The notes below the pieces were generated by a model. It saw only the letters and a list, made by a program, of their open reading frames with translations. It was not told the DNA's origin and ran no database searches. A stretch of DNA of 64,000 nt from Camelus ferus. Taxonomy: Eukaryota. Location: assembly GCF_009834535.1 (NCBI RefSeq), contig NC_045696.1, positions 22,074,001 to 22,138,000 on the forward strand. Direction: 5' to 3'. The translations under genes and the position numbers were made by a program. Positions 52,713 to 64,000 of the stretch are shown here, piece after piece; the stretch's first letter is position 1, and each line of letters opens with the position of its first letter.

Positions 52713-55700
52713 TTTGGTTAAAACAAGTAGCTAAATTCGAGAGCAGAATTGAGTGTGGATTGTTATTTTTTGTACGTTGGTAATAAACAGCTGTTATGTA
52801 GGTGTGTTCCCCCACTTTGCCAACTGTTACAATGAAAAAGTAAAATTCACTGAGAGAGATTTTCTTTTTGACAAATCATTTGCAGTTTATACATCCATCA
52901 TTACAAGAACCCAGTTCTGCTCTGGCTACCTTGAATATTTGACGTTGAAATTTATCTTTTAATATCATCTCTCTGAACTCTTTGCTGACTGAAATTTGCC
53001 CTTACAGTTCATTTATTGGATTAAGCTGCTCTAACTGCTTAATCCTTCTCTTAGCACACATGAAAACTTTAAAATGGCATAAACATCTCTAAAGCTGAAA
53101 TCTGCTGTCTAGAGACCACCTGTTGGTGTATCTTTCTTTAAGGCAGTGATTCTCAAAATGTGGAAAAGCAAGTTGCTAAACCCATCTGTATATTGGCCTA
53201 GTACAGTTGCCAGTAATTCCATCTACTTCCAATGCAGACATTAGCGATTACCTGCTACTTTTAAACAGTATGCTGGGTATTTGAACATAGCAGGCTCTAA
53301 GTGGCATGAGAGGGAGGGGAATGGAGCACGGTTTATCCTAGTATTTGTTAAGGCATATAGGACAACTGATAAAATTTTGCAAGAGATAGAAACCTCTCCT
53401 ATTGTGGATTTAAAGAAGGAAGTAGGTGCTGCAGATATCCATCCTTGCCTTCCCACCTTCGATCTAATCTGTCTTTCATCAACTCAGACAATCTGAGCAT
53501 CCTCCCACTGAGTGGCTGTGATTGGCAACTGATGTAAAAGCAGTAACTCTCCTTGAATCATGGCTTGGCTGCCGCTGCTTGGTCATCAAATGCAGAGTAG
53601 CCTGGTCACACTGGGTGCCAAAGCATCATTGGGACAACCATTATTTACACAGAAGCATCCGGCCCTGTGTCACCTCACAGGCTTAGTTACAGCGTAGGAG
53701 TCACTAACCAGCATGAGTGCAGAGCTCGCTAGGTCACGGGTACCGCGCACTCATGAAGGGGTGGTGAGAAGTGTTTGAACTGAAGAGCACTTGCCCAGTG
53801 TTCAGTCGGTAGCTGCTTTTCATTACTAGCCAGTTGCTGTCAGATCTTCTGATGTTGTTTTTAAGAGAAATCAAGAAATTGAAAATTGTAAGTGACTAAT
53901 TTTTTTGAACAACTTGTAAGCTAAACAGAACTTGCTTTGTAGTATGGATCCAGACTTCAGGCTGTGGGCATGCCATCTCTACTTACAGAACTTTCCCTCT
54001 ATTCCTTTTATCAGAAATGGGAATCTGATCCTCAGAAACAAAGGCATAATATCTCAGTCTTTCTTAGTACAACAAAGTTTAGCTCTCCTCCCATTTTTAC
54101 AGTTAACACTTGCTTAAAGAAGCACATACACATGGGCTTAATATGGGCGACACATAAACACGCAGGTGCTTGTTCTGCCTTTCTTGGCAACCAAAGTAAA
54201 ATCATAAAAAGAAAACACCTTAAGTCTTGGAAAATTCTTTACCCGGGGCCAAATGTGAGCCTCCATGTAAAAGACTTTGAAGTAGAAGTGCATCAGTTGT
54301 TGCACAAATGTTGGCCGTGTTTGGAGGCAATGTGCTTAAAATTCCTTCACAGCCTGGTAACAACCTGGCACCTAAATCATAACTAAATTTTCTTGCTTTA
54401 TTTAAAAATTAAAGAACACACAAACCTACCATTTGGAAAACCAATACTGCCAGTCCTCTAATTGTTTTTTGCTTTTTTTTTTTTTAAAGTTTGGAGTAAA
54501 AGTGCTTACTGCCTGAGCACTTCACAGTCTCCTACTGATATGATGATGTGTGCATTACAGCTTAGCATCCAACTATTGGTTATGATACATTTACTCTACC
54601 TATGGGATACCAAATTATATGAAACCAGTCCTTTAATTAGGAAATGAAATATGGTAGTCAAATTCAGACGGAAAGCTAATTGACAGAGTAAACATGCATG
54701 AGGCAGTCGGATGATACAATTCAAGAATGTGAAGTAAAAGCCATGTAGCATCAGCGTAGTCAGCTGAGAGATGATGCTGTTTGACAGGTCAGAGGAAGCT
54801 TGCCTAGCTTATTTATGATTACCACCAAGTCATAAATAAGGTCTTCTTAAGAGGCTAGGGGTAAAAGCAGAATGTAATGGGGACATGTGATAGAACTCAA
54901 GTATTTTGGGTTTTGTGGCTATTTTTTAGTGTCATCATATGAGAGGGAAAAATTATGTTACTACAATAGGCATGTTAAATGTAAGCGTGGAAATATCTTT
55001 ATTTTAAAAGGGTGACAGTGATAGGTAGACAGAAAGATCTACAGTTGAGTGGCTTTTGCTCTTTTATGGGTTTAACTAAGTTTTCTTAAAGCATATTGAT
55101 CCTAAAGAGGAATTTAAAGAATAGAAATGGGGATAGCATGCCAGATGGGTTAGTGGGAGGGTTTTCAAAGTATGTGAGAATGGTGTAACAAAATCAGAAA
55201 TGAAAGTGGGAAAAGACTTTAAAAAAAAAAAAAACTATTGAATAGGAACAGCTTAACTTTTTAAAATACCACTGTTCATACAGAAATATACTGCCTATAT
55301 AAATTTCTAAAAGCCTCTATCCAGAAGAAACTAGTACATACTTTAAAAAAAAATTAGCAATTATCGTTGCCAGGTAAGGTCTTGGTTCTCTAAAACCATG
55401 AACTCAAGACACGAAGTCACATGGACATCTTTGAGGTATGTTTTGAAGTTTCTGTGGTAGTTAAGATGTCAGTTACATTAGCCCTCAGGATTTTTATTAG
55501 TTAAGGGAGTTGTAGTGTGATTTTTGTTGAACTGGCTTGGATAGTACTTATAACTCAGTTCCTCAAAAGTATCAACTCATTTAACTGCGTTTGGATTCAT
55601 CACCTTTCAAAAGCTGCTGAAGAAACAAATTAGTGCTCAGAGCTATTTACACGTGTAAATGCAATTAAAATTGTAAAGTCATTTGGGAAACTCACTGGGA

Positions 55701-58393
55701 TCTCTAATAATAGCAATGGTTGTTTCTCTTATATTAATTCGAACTGATGAGGTGGAAGAAACAAAATCACTTCAGGAGTCTATAGAATGACACATATCTT
55801 GCTGATACAGATTAAATGGGCTACTCACATTCTTTTCTAGATTAAAAAGTAATTTGTCCAAGTATATGAAGTAGTCAGTATATTATATTTTTTGAATTTT
55901 TTGTTTCATCTGCCACTGCATGGGATATTTTAAACTATGTTTATAAAACAAATACTCGAATTGAACTTTAAAACTCATTCAAGTTTTAAATTTTTAGTGA
56001 GCTCTAAAGAAGATATCAGTACAGATCTGGATGAAGGAGCTACAGTTCACATAAAACAGCCTCATTGTATACTCAATAAATGTACATTTCTAATAAAAAT
56101 ATGTAATTGAGTAGAGTTCATGATTTGTTTGGCAGATCAAATGATACCACAGGAGTGCCATCTCTATATGAGTGCCATTCATCAGTTCTTGGAATTAATG
56201 GCACATTAGACTAAACATAGGAGTAACGACTTCTGAGAGCCTGGCAAAACTGCACATCCTGCTTACCTTACTAGGATGGACAAAACTTCATTGCAGTAGA
56301 CCTCAATTGGTAATAAGTTTAGGGTTTGTTTCAATATAATTTTAATTTTTCTTTATTCATTTAATTAGTTTTGTTGAGTACTCACTAAGTGCTTGGCACC
56401 ATGACAGTGAGGATGCACAAAAAACAGGTATGGTCCCCTTTCTCATAGCAGTTACCTCCTAGCAGGAGATAAAGGCCAGTGAAGAAACAGTTGTAAAATC
56501 TGGTGTGATTAATTCAGATGTTATTGATTAGAAAAGTCTTCTTAGAGGAAGGGAGAACTAGACCGGAGATGATGACGGCCCAGATAATGTAGTGGGAGTG
56601 GTAATGGAGTGAAGGATGATTTAAGATGTTGTACTGCTAGATTTTAGGGGGCAAAAATCTATTCAGATGGACAATAAGACATCTGGGATGGTGGTGTGGA
56701 AGATGCTGTGAAGGAAGACATCCAGGTTTCTTTGATCAGCTGATGGTGCCAGATTCAGGAAGAGGATCAGGGCTGGGATTTGATGGTAAGAATGGAGGAA
56801 GAGGAGTTTCATTTAGGCAGGGTGAGATTGAGGAGCCTGTGAGACATTTAAGTAGAGGTATTGCCTGTGCTCAGAACTCTTCCTGCTATGATGGGCTTTT
56901 TTTTTTATGTCTTCTATAAAGGATTTTTTCACCTGAATGTCTGAATCTGAAAGTTATTTTACCTTTATGTATTTTCACAGTAGATTGAGTATTGTAGTTC
57001 TCTGATTTGCTGTTCATCTCAGCAGGTTACCAATATGCATATAATAACGTGTTACTGGATTCCAGGCATTAATTTGGGTATTTAAGTAAAAGTTAAAAGA
57101 AGTTATTTCTAGAGAACAAAAAGTTGCATTACATGAATTACTAAGAAGAGCATTGGGTTTAAAAAAAAAACCTTTAATTTTAAAAGCCCACGTTATTTTT
57201 CAAATAAACAAATATTGTATTAACGTGCTATTGAAGCTCTAAGGTATGTCAGGAAATCCATTGTTCTATATGATTTTTATCTTTCTTTAATTCAGTTTCT
57301 GAACATTCCAAATAAATTTTTTAAAACCCCAAAAAACAAAATTTAACAGCAAAAAATAATGACTTTCTGTAGCCTAGTTTAGAACCCTTTTTATATGGTG
57401 AAGGATTTCCTTTAACAGTAAAGGAGAAACTTATAATTTACAGTGTTTAGATTAAGCTAAATCACTGCCACATGAAATTAGTGCTGTGGCCATGAACTGA
57501 GTGAGAATGAGACCGTTTACTGTTTCAGGGATTGGCTAGCCATCTGCTGGCAACGAGACCTAAGAGAGTTTTATAGAGAGTAAGGAAGCTATTGAATCAG
57601 TTTTCCAAAGTTACTAAAGTAAGCTTCAGGTTCTCTCTGCCTAGCAGTATTAGAATCAAACAGCAGAACGGAGGTATTTCTTTTTTGGTCTGTTAATTGG
57701 TACCAGCCACTTTTTTGTCTTACTAAGATCTAAAACATACATAATAACAAAACTTTTAATATTTTTATTCTAATCAAGTTTTGTGAAGTTCCTTTGTTAC
57801 TTCACCAGGTTTTGAAAGGTGTACGTTGTGTTGTCAAATAGAGCTTTGAGGTTTTGCGCTTAAATATGTTAATTTTGCTGGAAATTTGGCCTAACCAGAC
57901 AATAACTGGTAAAAAATATATACACACACAATTGCAGTACAGGTACCAGAGGGGTAAATAAAATGTGTATGAAATTTTCTTTAAGTTCAATTTTTTGCAC
58001 TCAGTGGAAAAAGCAAGGCTAAGATACTGGAGTTTACCTTGTGAGAGCAGTTGTTCCCGTCTGTGTAGACGGTTCGTGTTTAGGATGCCTTCTCCCATAG
58101 CTCACTTGTGAGGGAGCTGACAGAGCCTGCTTAGCGCTATTTTTGGCAGTCTGAGCAGGACTCACCATTGGCTGATGTTATATCATTTTAGAACAAATTA
58201 ATATTCTCAAACACTTTTATACCTAATTTAATACCATTAAAGTGCAGATACCTCATTTTCTTAGTAATAGCTAGAGTTCAGAGTTCAGTCAATAAAATTG
58301 TTACGACTTCAGTTTCTAAAACAAAGGATTAATACAGAATGTAATTTTTCCTGATGAGTCAGCTAGAACTTTTTTTTTTTTTTTTTTAATGTA

Positions 58394-58463
58394 GCACCTG
58401 AGTAGCTCCCCACTTACTCTGTTTTCAAAGCTAAGCAGATTTAGACTGGTTAGTTCTGGTAGG
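58394..58463 (+). pseudogene. Degenerate 5S rRNA-derived fragment
   Basis: TCTGTTTTCAAAGCTAAGCAGATTTAGACTGGTTAGTTCTGG aligns to vertebrate 5S TCTGATCTCGGAAGCTAAGCAGGGTCGGGCCTGGTTAGTACTTGG (5S recalled from memory). Confidence 0.5.
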
Positions 58464-59425
58464 CGTTAATTTTCAGTTCCACATCCTTTATTCACCTCCA
58501 GTAATAAAAGCACTGCTGTTTGACTTTAAGTAGCTTGAACTTATGAAAACATATGAATATATTCTGTATTTCTAAGTGTGTCATATATTTGAAAATGTAT
58601 TCTGTATTCTAAATTTTAAACATTTGAGATAGCATACTTAAGCTCTATAAAAAGTTGGGAGATAATAAAAGTGTAACAAGAATATTTCCATTATTTATGG
58701 GGTGTAATGAACATTTATCAGTTAAACAATTTTACTGGCTATTGTATCTTGGTAGATTGAATTTGTTGCTATATGAAAAATAATTGTAATTTTATCTCTA
58801 GAAGAAATTATCTTGTTAAAGTTTTAGTAAGTATCAAAAAATGTGAGAACATTTTAGATGCTTTTCTTACTTAAAAAAAATTTAAACATTTCATTGACTT
58901 TTTGAGGACTTTGTTAATGTGTATTTTTCTGGTTCTGGTTTATCTTTCCCCAGTAAAAACCTTAATAATTTAAGATCATGACTTACTGTGCTTTTTGTTG
59001 AGAAGAAAATTGTCAAGCATTTCTCTTACCGAGCCTATAATAGGAATTTTTTGCAAGTGTGTACTTTAGGAAGATCAGTGAAGAAAACACTATAATGTAA
59101 AGGCCAAGATTCTGTAAGTGTAAACTGCTGGTTCAGTAGTATTTTTTATTATTGTGCAATAATATACCTCTGGACTAAGGTTGAAATTGAGTCATTAAGT
59201 CCTTAAAAAGGCTTCGCTACTCATAAGAATTTAATGTTACTGAATATATAGGTAAACTGAAGCATAAATTATTAGGCCATAGTTTATATTATTAATATCA
59301 ATATTCTTTAGCATTTTTCTCTAATTTACACATTATCAGTGGCTGATTTTTACTAAGATTTGTATTTCTTAATGCAACTTATAAACAAAATTGTCTCAAG
59401 TCTTCTGTTTCTTTTTTTTCTTTAG

Positions 59426-59962
59426 GAATACCAAAATCTAATCTCTTGCACACCAAATCATTAAGGGGCCATAAAGACTGCTTTGAAAAATACCACTTGA
59501 TTGCAAACCAAGATTGTCCTCGATCTAAGCTTTCAAAAAGTACTTATGAAGAAGTTAAAACTATCTTGAGTAAGAAGATAAACTGGATTGTACAGTATGC
59601 ACAAAATAAGGATCTGGATTCAGATTCTGAATGTTCTAAAAATCCCCAGCACCACCTCTTTAATTTCAGGCATAATCCAGATAAAAAGTTACTCCCACAG
59701 TTTGACTCTCAAGTACCAAAGTATTCTGCAAAGTGGATAGATGGAAGTGCAGGTGGCCTCTCAAACTGTACACAAAGAATATTGAAACAGAGGGAAAATA
59801 CGGACTTTGGACTTGCTATGTTACAAGATTCAGGTGCCACTTTATGCCACAATAGTGTATCGTGGCCTTGTAGTCACAACCAGGAACAGAAAAAAGAAGA
59901 GACAAACTCTAATCCAGAGGCTAATGTCCGGAGCCAGCATCCACATTACAGCAGAGAGAAAC
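59426..59962 (+). CDS. C21orf91: EURL protein, coding exon 2 (exon 3), 537 nt
   Basis: Acceptor TTTTTTTTCTTTAG|GA. Encodes (G)[44 protein letters not shown]...QHPHYSREK. Donor C|GTAAGT, phase 1/1. Confidence 0.97.
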
Positions 59963-60994
59963 GTAAGTAAGATGGGGAGAGAAAGGTGAAGGTTGGAGTC
60001 TTGTTGTTGTTGTTGTTGTTTTTACATTTCATATGTGATGTGTCAAGAATTTTGCTGTGGAATTATAGATTTGGTAAATAACAAAATTTAAATGAAGGGT
60101 TCACCCTAGCAAAAATGAGATGTCTTAAAACTCTCTGTCAGTTCTCTAGAATATTCCTCAATATATCCTGAAGCATTAAAATTATGTTGTGCCATCATTT
60201 GCTTTGCCATTTTAAATTATTAATGGAATAGAATCAACAAACTGTGAATTGGAAAGTTCAAGGTTCATAGAGGTTAGAAGTACAGCCTCAGCCATTGATG
60301 AACACACATTGTCACGTTGCTAATCCCTATAAGACTAATTGGGGGTAGCATTTCAAAAGCAAAAATATGACATTTTATTAAAGGCCAAAGGTAATGTGTG
60401 CACTTGGAAAAAGTGACTCATTCAGTCTGCATCTATTTCTACAAAAACTCACAGAAACTGAGATAATTTTAATTCACTTAAAATCAAGTGATTTTAGAGC
60501 TACAAGGGCCCTTGGGTATATTTTTATACAGCTCTTTGATTCTGTATATGAATTATCCAAGGTTATGTAGCTAGCTAGATAAATTGATTTTTCAAACTGT
60601 TTCCACAGTACTTAAGTGTTTTTCAGGCTGCAGATCATGAAACATGTAGTGCTTGAGCAAAATCAGGTAGATGGGTGGTGACTAGCACTTTTTGAAAACT
60701 GAAACAGAATGGGAAATATCAGAATCCAGTGGACCTAATGCTAAGTATTTTTCAGTGAACTTTTTGTTTCAGGTGGAGGTAGACTGGAAGAGATGGAAAA
60801 TATGTTTCTTCCTGTGGGTTGTGGTCAGGTTTCAAAAACTCAACACTGCAGGAGCGAATGAATGAATCCTAGGGTCCTGCCGAACGTTATGTTGCTAGAC
60901 GAGTGCAAATTTTTTTTAAATAGGACATTGTGTTGGTAGTGTAGACGACTTATTTTCCTGTCTTGGTAATAATGAATATATTTTCATGTTTCAG

Positions 60995-61057
60995 TGAATT
61001 CGATGACTCTTGGTGAAGTAAAGCAACTGAATGCAGAGCTCCAACAGCAAATACAGG
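60995..61057 (+). CDS. C21orf91: EURL protein, coding exon 3 (exon 4), 63 nt
   Basis: Acceptor TTTTCATGTTTCAG|TG. Encodes (L)NSMTLGEVKQLNAELQQQIQ. Donor G|GTAAAG. Too short to appear in the ORF track. Confidence 0.95.
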
Positions 61058-62512
61058 GTAAAGGACTCAGTGTCAATGCTTTTTACCTGTGCAGATTTTG
61101 ATACAGAAAATCCCCTATTAGCTTCATCTGCAATTAAAATTTAGAAATGGGATTAGAACCTGTTAGACTTTCCATAGCAAAAAGAAGAAAACAATTTCTT
61201 TATGAACTGCAGGTGAAATAGGTTTTTCTTTTTTAAGTGAAAACAGACCACAGCTTAATATCTACCTCTTACTAACATGTTCTTGACTACCTACATGTTT
61301 TCGTGCCAGGCACTGTGCAGGTGTGCTCCTTAGCAGTTTCTTAAAGAACCACAGGTGGTATTGGCCCTATTTTGTTCTAATTATTAAAAATTTCAGACAC
61401 AAAAGTAGTGAGAATAGTATAGTGAAACCCTTGACCCATCTTCCCCAGTTTCAGGAATTACCAAAAGTGTAGTAGTTTTCTTTCATCTCTACCTGTACCC
61501 ATTCTCCTTGCCCTACGCACATCTCCAGCACATATTATTCTGAAACAAATCCCAGACAACATACTGTTTTGTCCGTAAACACTTCAGGATTTTCTCCAAA
61601 ATGTAACTTTTTTTTTAGGCAATGATAACCTCATTGTCACACCGTAAAAAAAAAAAAAAAAAAAAACAGCTAATAATTTGTTAACATCAAATAGGATGAT
61701 GTTAGGAGTTAACAGTTAGTGTCCAAATTCCCCAAATGTCTCTTTTTTTGTTCCCACAGTTCCTACTTAGGTGAGGAAATGGCACTTCAGAGACGTTGCT
61801 TACTTACAGAGATCATGCATTCAGTCAGTAATGGAGTAAGGATTCTAACCTCTGTCTTTTTAGCTCCAAAATTAGTGTGGTCTTTTTTGACCACTCAGCC
61901 TCTCAGAATAGTAAAATAATAGTAATAGCTGCTTATATTTATCAAGTACTTATTCTATGGTAAATACTTACAAGTATGTCTTATTTAATCCTTACAGTAA
62001 CCCTGTGAGGTGCTTACTTTCTTATTGGGGCTATACGTAAGAGGAAGTTAAAACGTAGTTTGTTACTTGCCTGAGACTCTTACAAGTCAGGACAAAGATT
62101 CAAAAATCCAGGTAGTCTGATTCCAGATCCTCTTAGAGGGGTTTCCACACCTGGATACTAATGGGCACCTTGCTGTTCGTAAGTCACATTAGATACTGAT
62201 TGGACCTATGTATGTATTCACATCGAGCAGCGTCTCAGGTGGTTGCACCTGCCTTTTCTGCTGTGCGTCTCTGTAGTCATTCTTATGACTCGCACGTTTC
62301 ATTTGAGGGAGAAGAGGAATACAGTGTTCCAGTTGGCTACGCAAACTATACAGCTTCCTAGGATGATCGGAACACAACTGTTTCTTCGTAGTCAAACCAC
62401 TTTCATTGCAAATGTTTGTCCAGTGCATTCATTTCAGTTAGAGGACTTGAAATATGTCAGAGGATAAACTTTCTTTGTACTAAAAATGGAACTACTTTTT
62501 AATTCTTAACAG

Positions 62513-62679
62513 AAGTTTTTGAAGAGTTAGCCCACCAAGTGCAAGAAAAAGATTCTTTGGCCTCACAGCTCCACGTCCGCCACGTTGCCATCGAACAACT
62601 TCTCAAGAACTATTCCAAGTTACCATGTCTGCAAGTGGGACGAACAGGAATGAAGTCACACCTACCCATAAACAACTGA
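62513..62679 (+). CDS. C21orf91: EURL protein, last coding exon (exon 5)
   Basis: Acceptor TTCTTAACAG|AA. Encodes (E)[57 protein letters not shown] at 62677-62679. Spliced CDS is 127+537+63+167=894 nt = 297 aa plus stop. Confidence 0.96.
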
Positions 62680-64000
62680 ACTAAACTTACACTCACTTCC
62701 TATGCCCTGCCGTTCTTTGGTCTGCCAGGCATGCACACTCGGAAGAAGTTGGAGAGAGTTATGGTCAGTTATTTTATGGTCATTAAATTTGCAAAGCTTA
62801 AGGCAGTATTTAACATCTTTGTCAAATAAGGCAGATCATTACACTCTAGCCTTCTAGGGTTAATCATTTTAGTTCATTTTGGGAATTTTTTTTCCCATAG
62901 TTACGAAATGGCCCTCCCTAACTTTTACCACTGGTGACTACTTAAATATACTGTTACAGTGTGATTTTATTAAGCATATTTTAATGTAATTCACCTGTCA
63001 AAACAATAGAAGGTTTACAGAGTTCTTAGATTAGTCTGAACTACTAAACTTCTAAGAGGGAAATGGAATTCATAATACCACCTCTTATTTATTATGAGCA
63101 ATATTTTAATACAAAAATTTTATATATAAAAATACTATTTTAGGTAACTTTTCATTCTCTTTATAAATATGTATTTGAATGGCTCTGTATATTATATTTA
63201 CACTTTCATGTGTGAGTATGTTACCCATATTTCAGATCGTTGCATTTTATTCTCTTAATATACTGTTTTTACAACTGTTATCTTGTTTTCCAAAGATAAA
63301 TGTATTTTGGCATAGAAATCTATCTAGTTGAATTGTTCTGGCTTCTGATAACTCTTATGAAAGAGGAATTAATAACTTTTTAAAGCAGGTATGCAGGGAA
63401 ATAAAAGATACTATTTTTTTCTAACAAAAGCAGTTATGAATTAGTTCAGGAAGAAGTGCTGATCTAGTGTTTGTATGTCAGCTTGTCTTCAGAGAAGTAA
63501 AAGCCTATCTACATCATTATTGCTTTCATTCTAATGACTTTGATGTGTTAGGATTTGGACAGAGTTTAAGTCAAGCCTCACTTCCAAGTCAAATGTAGTA
63601 TCTGTCTTCAAATTGAATGTGCCATGAAATTGTTGTCCTATCTTTGAAAAAAATTAAAATCATTTTGTGTGCCAGTTTGGATAAAGGTTCAAGAATCCTT
63701 CAGCTGTCCAAATTCTGTTATCAGCATCACTGAAAGTATTGCCCAAAGAAAGCATTGTGAGGTATTTTTCTAAACTTCAGAATCTAAAGGAAAAGAGAAG
63801 ACTGTTTGACACAGAAAAATAAAACTCTTAATTCAAAAAAATAAGCTCATTTTTAGAAGGATATTCTTATTTGTTGTCTATCATGTTTCCAAAGAGTTCT
63901 GAACTAATAGTTTGTCTCAAACAGCTAGATGATTTTTCAAATAACGTATTATAGTAAAAGCTATAACCAGTGCAAAATTAAAATGGGCTCTGAATTCTAT
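62680..64000 (+). other. C21orf91: AU-rich 3' UTR (end not determined)
   Basis: Follows the stop codon with no obvious interspersed repeats. Candidate poly(A) hexamers ATTAAA 62782-62787 and AATAAA 63400-63405 and 63818-63823. Confidence 0.7.

Noticed and set aside
53712..53755. Inverted repeat CATGAGTGC...GCACTCATG as a pre-miRNA or structured RNA
   Set aside because: Only a 9-bp stem with a 26-nt spacer. Several such stems are expected by chance in 64 kb, and it is too short for a miRNA hairpin.
59446..59970. Stand-alone 174-aa ORF or intron-retention product ending REKRK*
   Set aside because: It is EURL exon 3 read through a strong GTAAGT donor. It starts at TTG and nothing supports an independent product.

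Overview
Mammalian genomic DNA, probably from a camelid, judged from a vic-1-like tRNA-derived SINE and artiodactyl-type L1 3' ends. The only protein-coding gene is C21orf91/EURL on the + strand. It has a CpG-island promoter, a first exon ending at 37710, and four coding exons (38706-38832, 59426-59962, 60995-61057, 62513-62679). These splice with canonical GT-AG sites into an intact 894-nt, 297-aa ORF, and the 3' UTR runs towards the window end. The first ~37 kb is intergenic and rich in repeats (L1, L2, MaLR/ERVL LTRs, hAT and Tigger DNA transposons, microsatellites). I found no convincing new multi-gene system. The best leads concern EURL itself: an open in-frame upstream extension with an ATG and a strong-context GTG, exon-4/NAGNAG splice outcomes, a degenerate RING-like Cys/His module, and a FEZ1/SCHIP1-like C-terminal coiled coil. 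There is also a 5S-rRNA-derived relic in intron 2 and several structurally informative retro-insertions. Repeat family names and protein comparisons are from recall, not from database searches.
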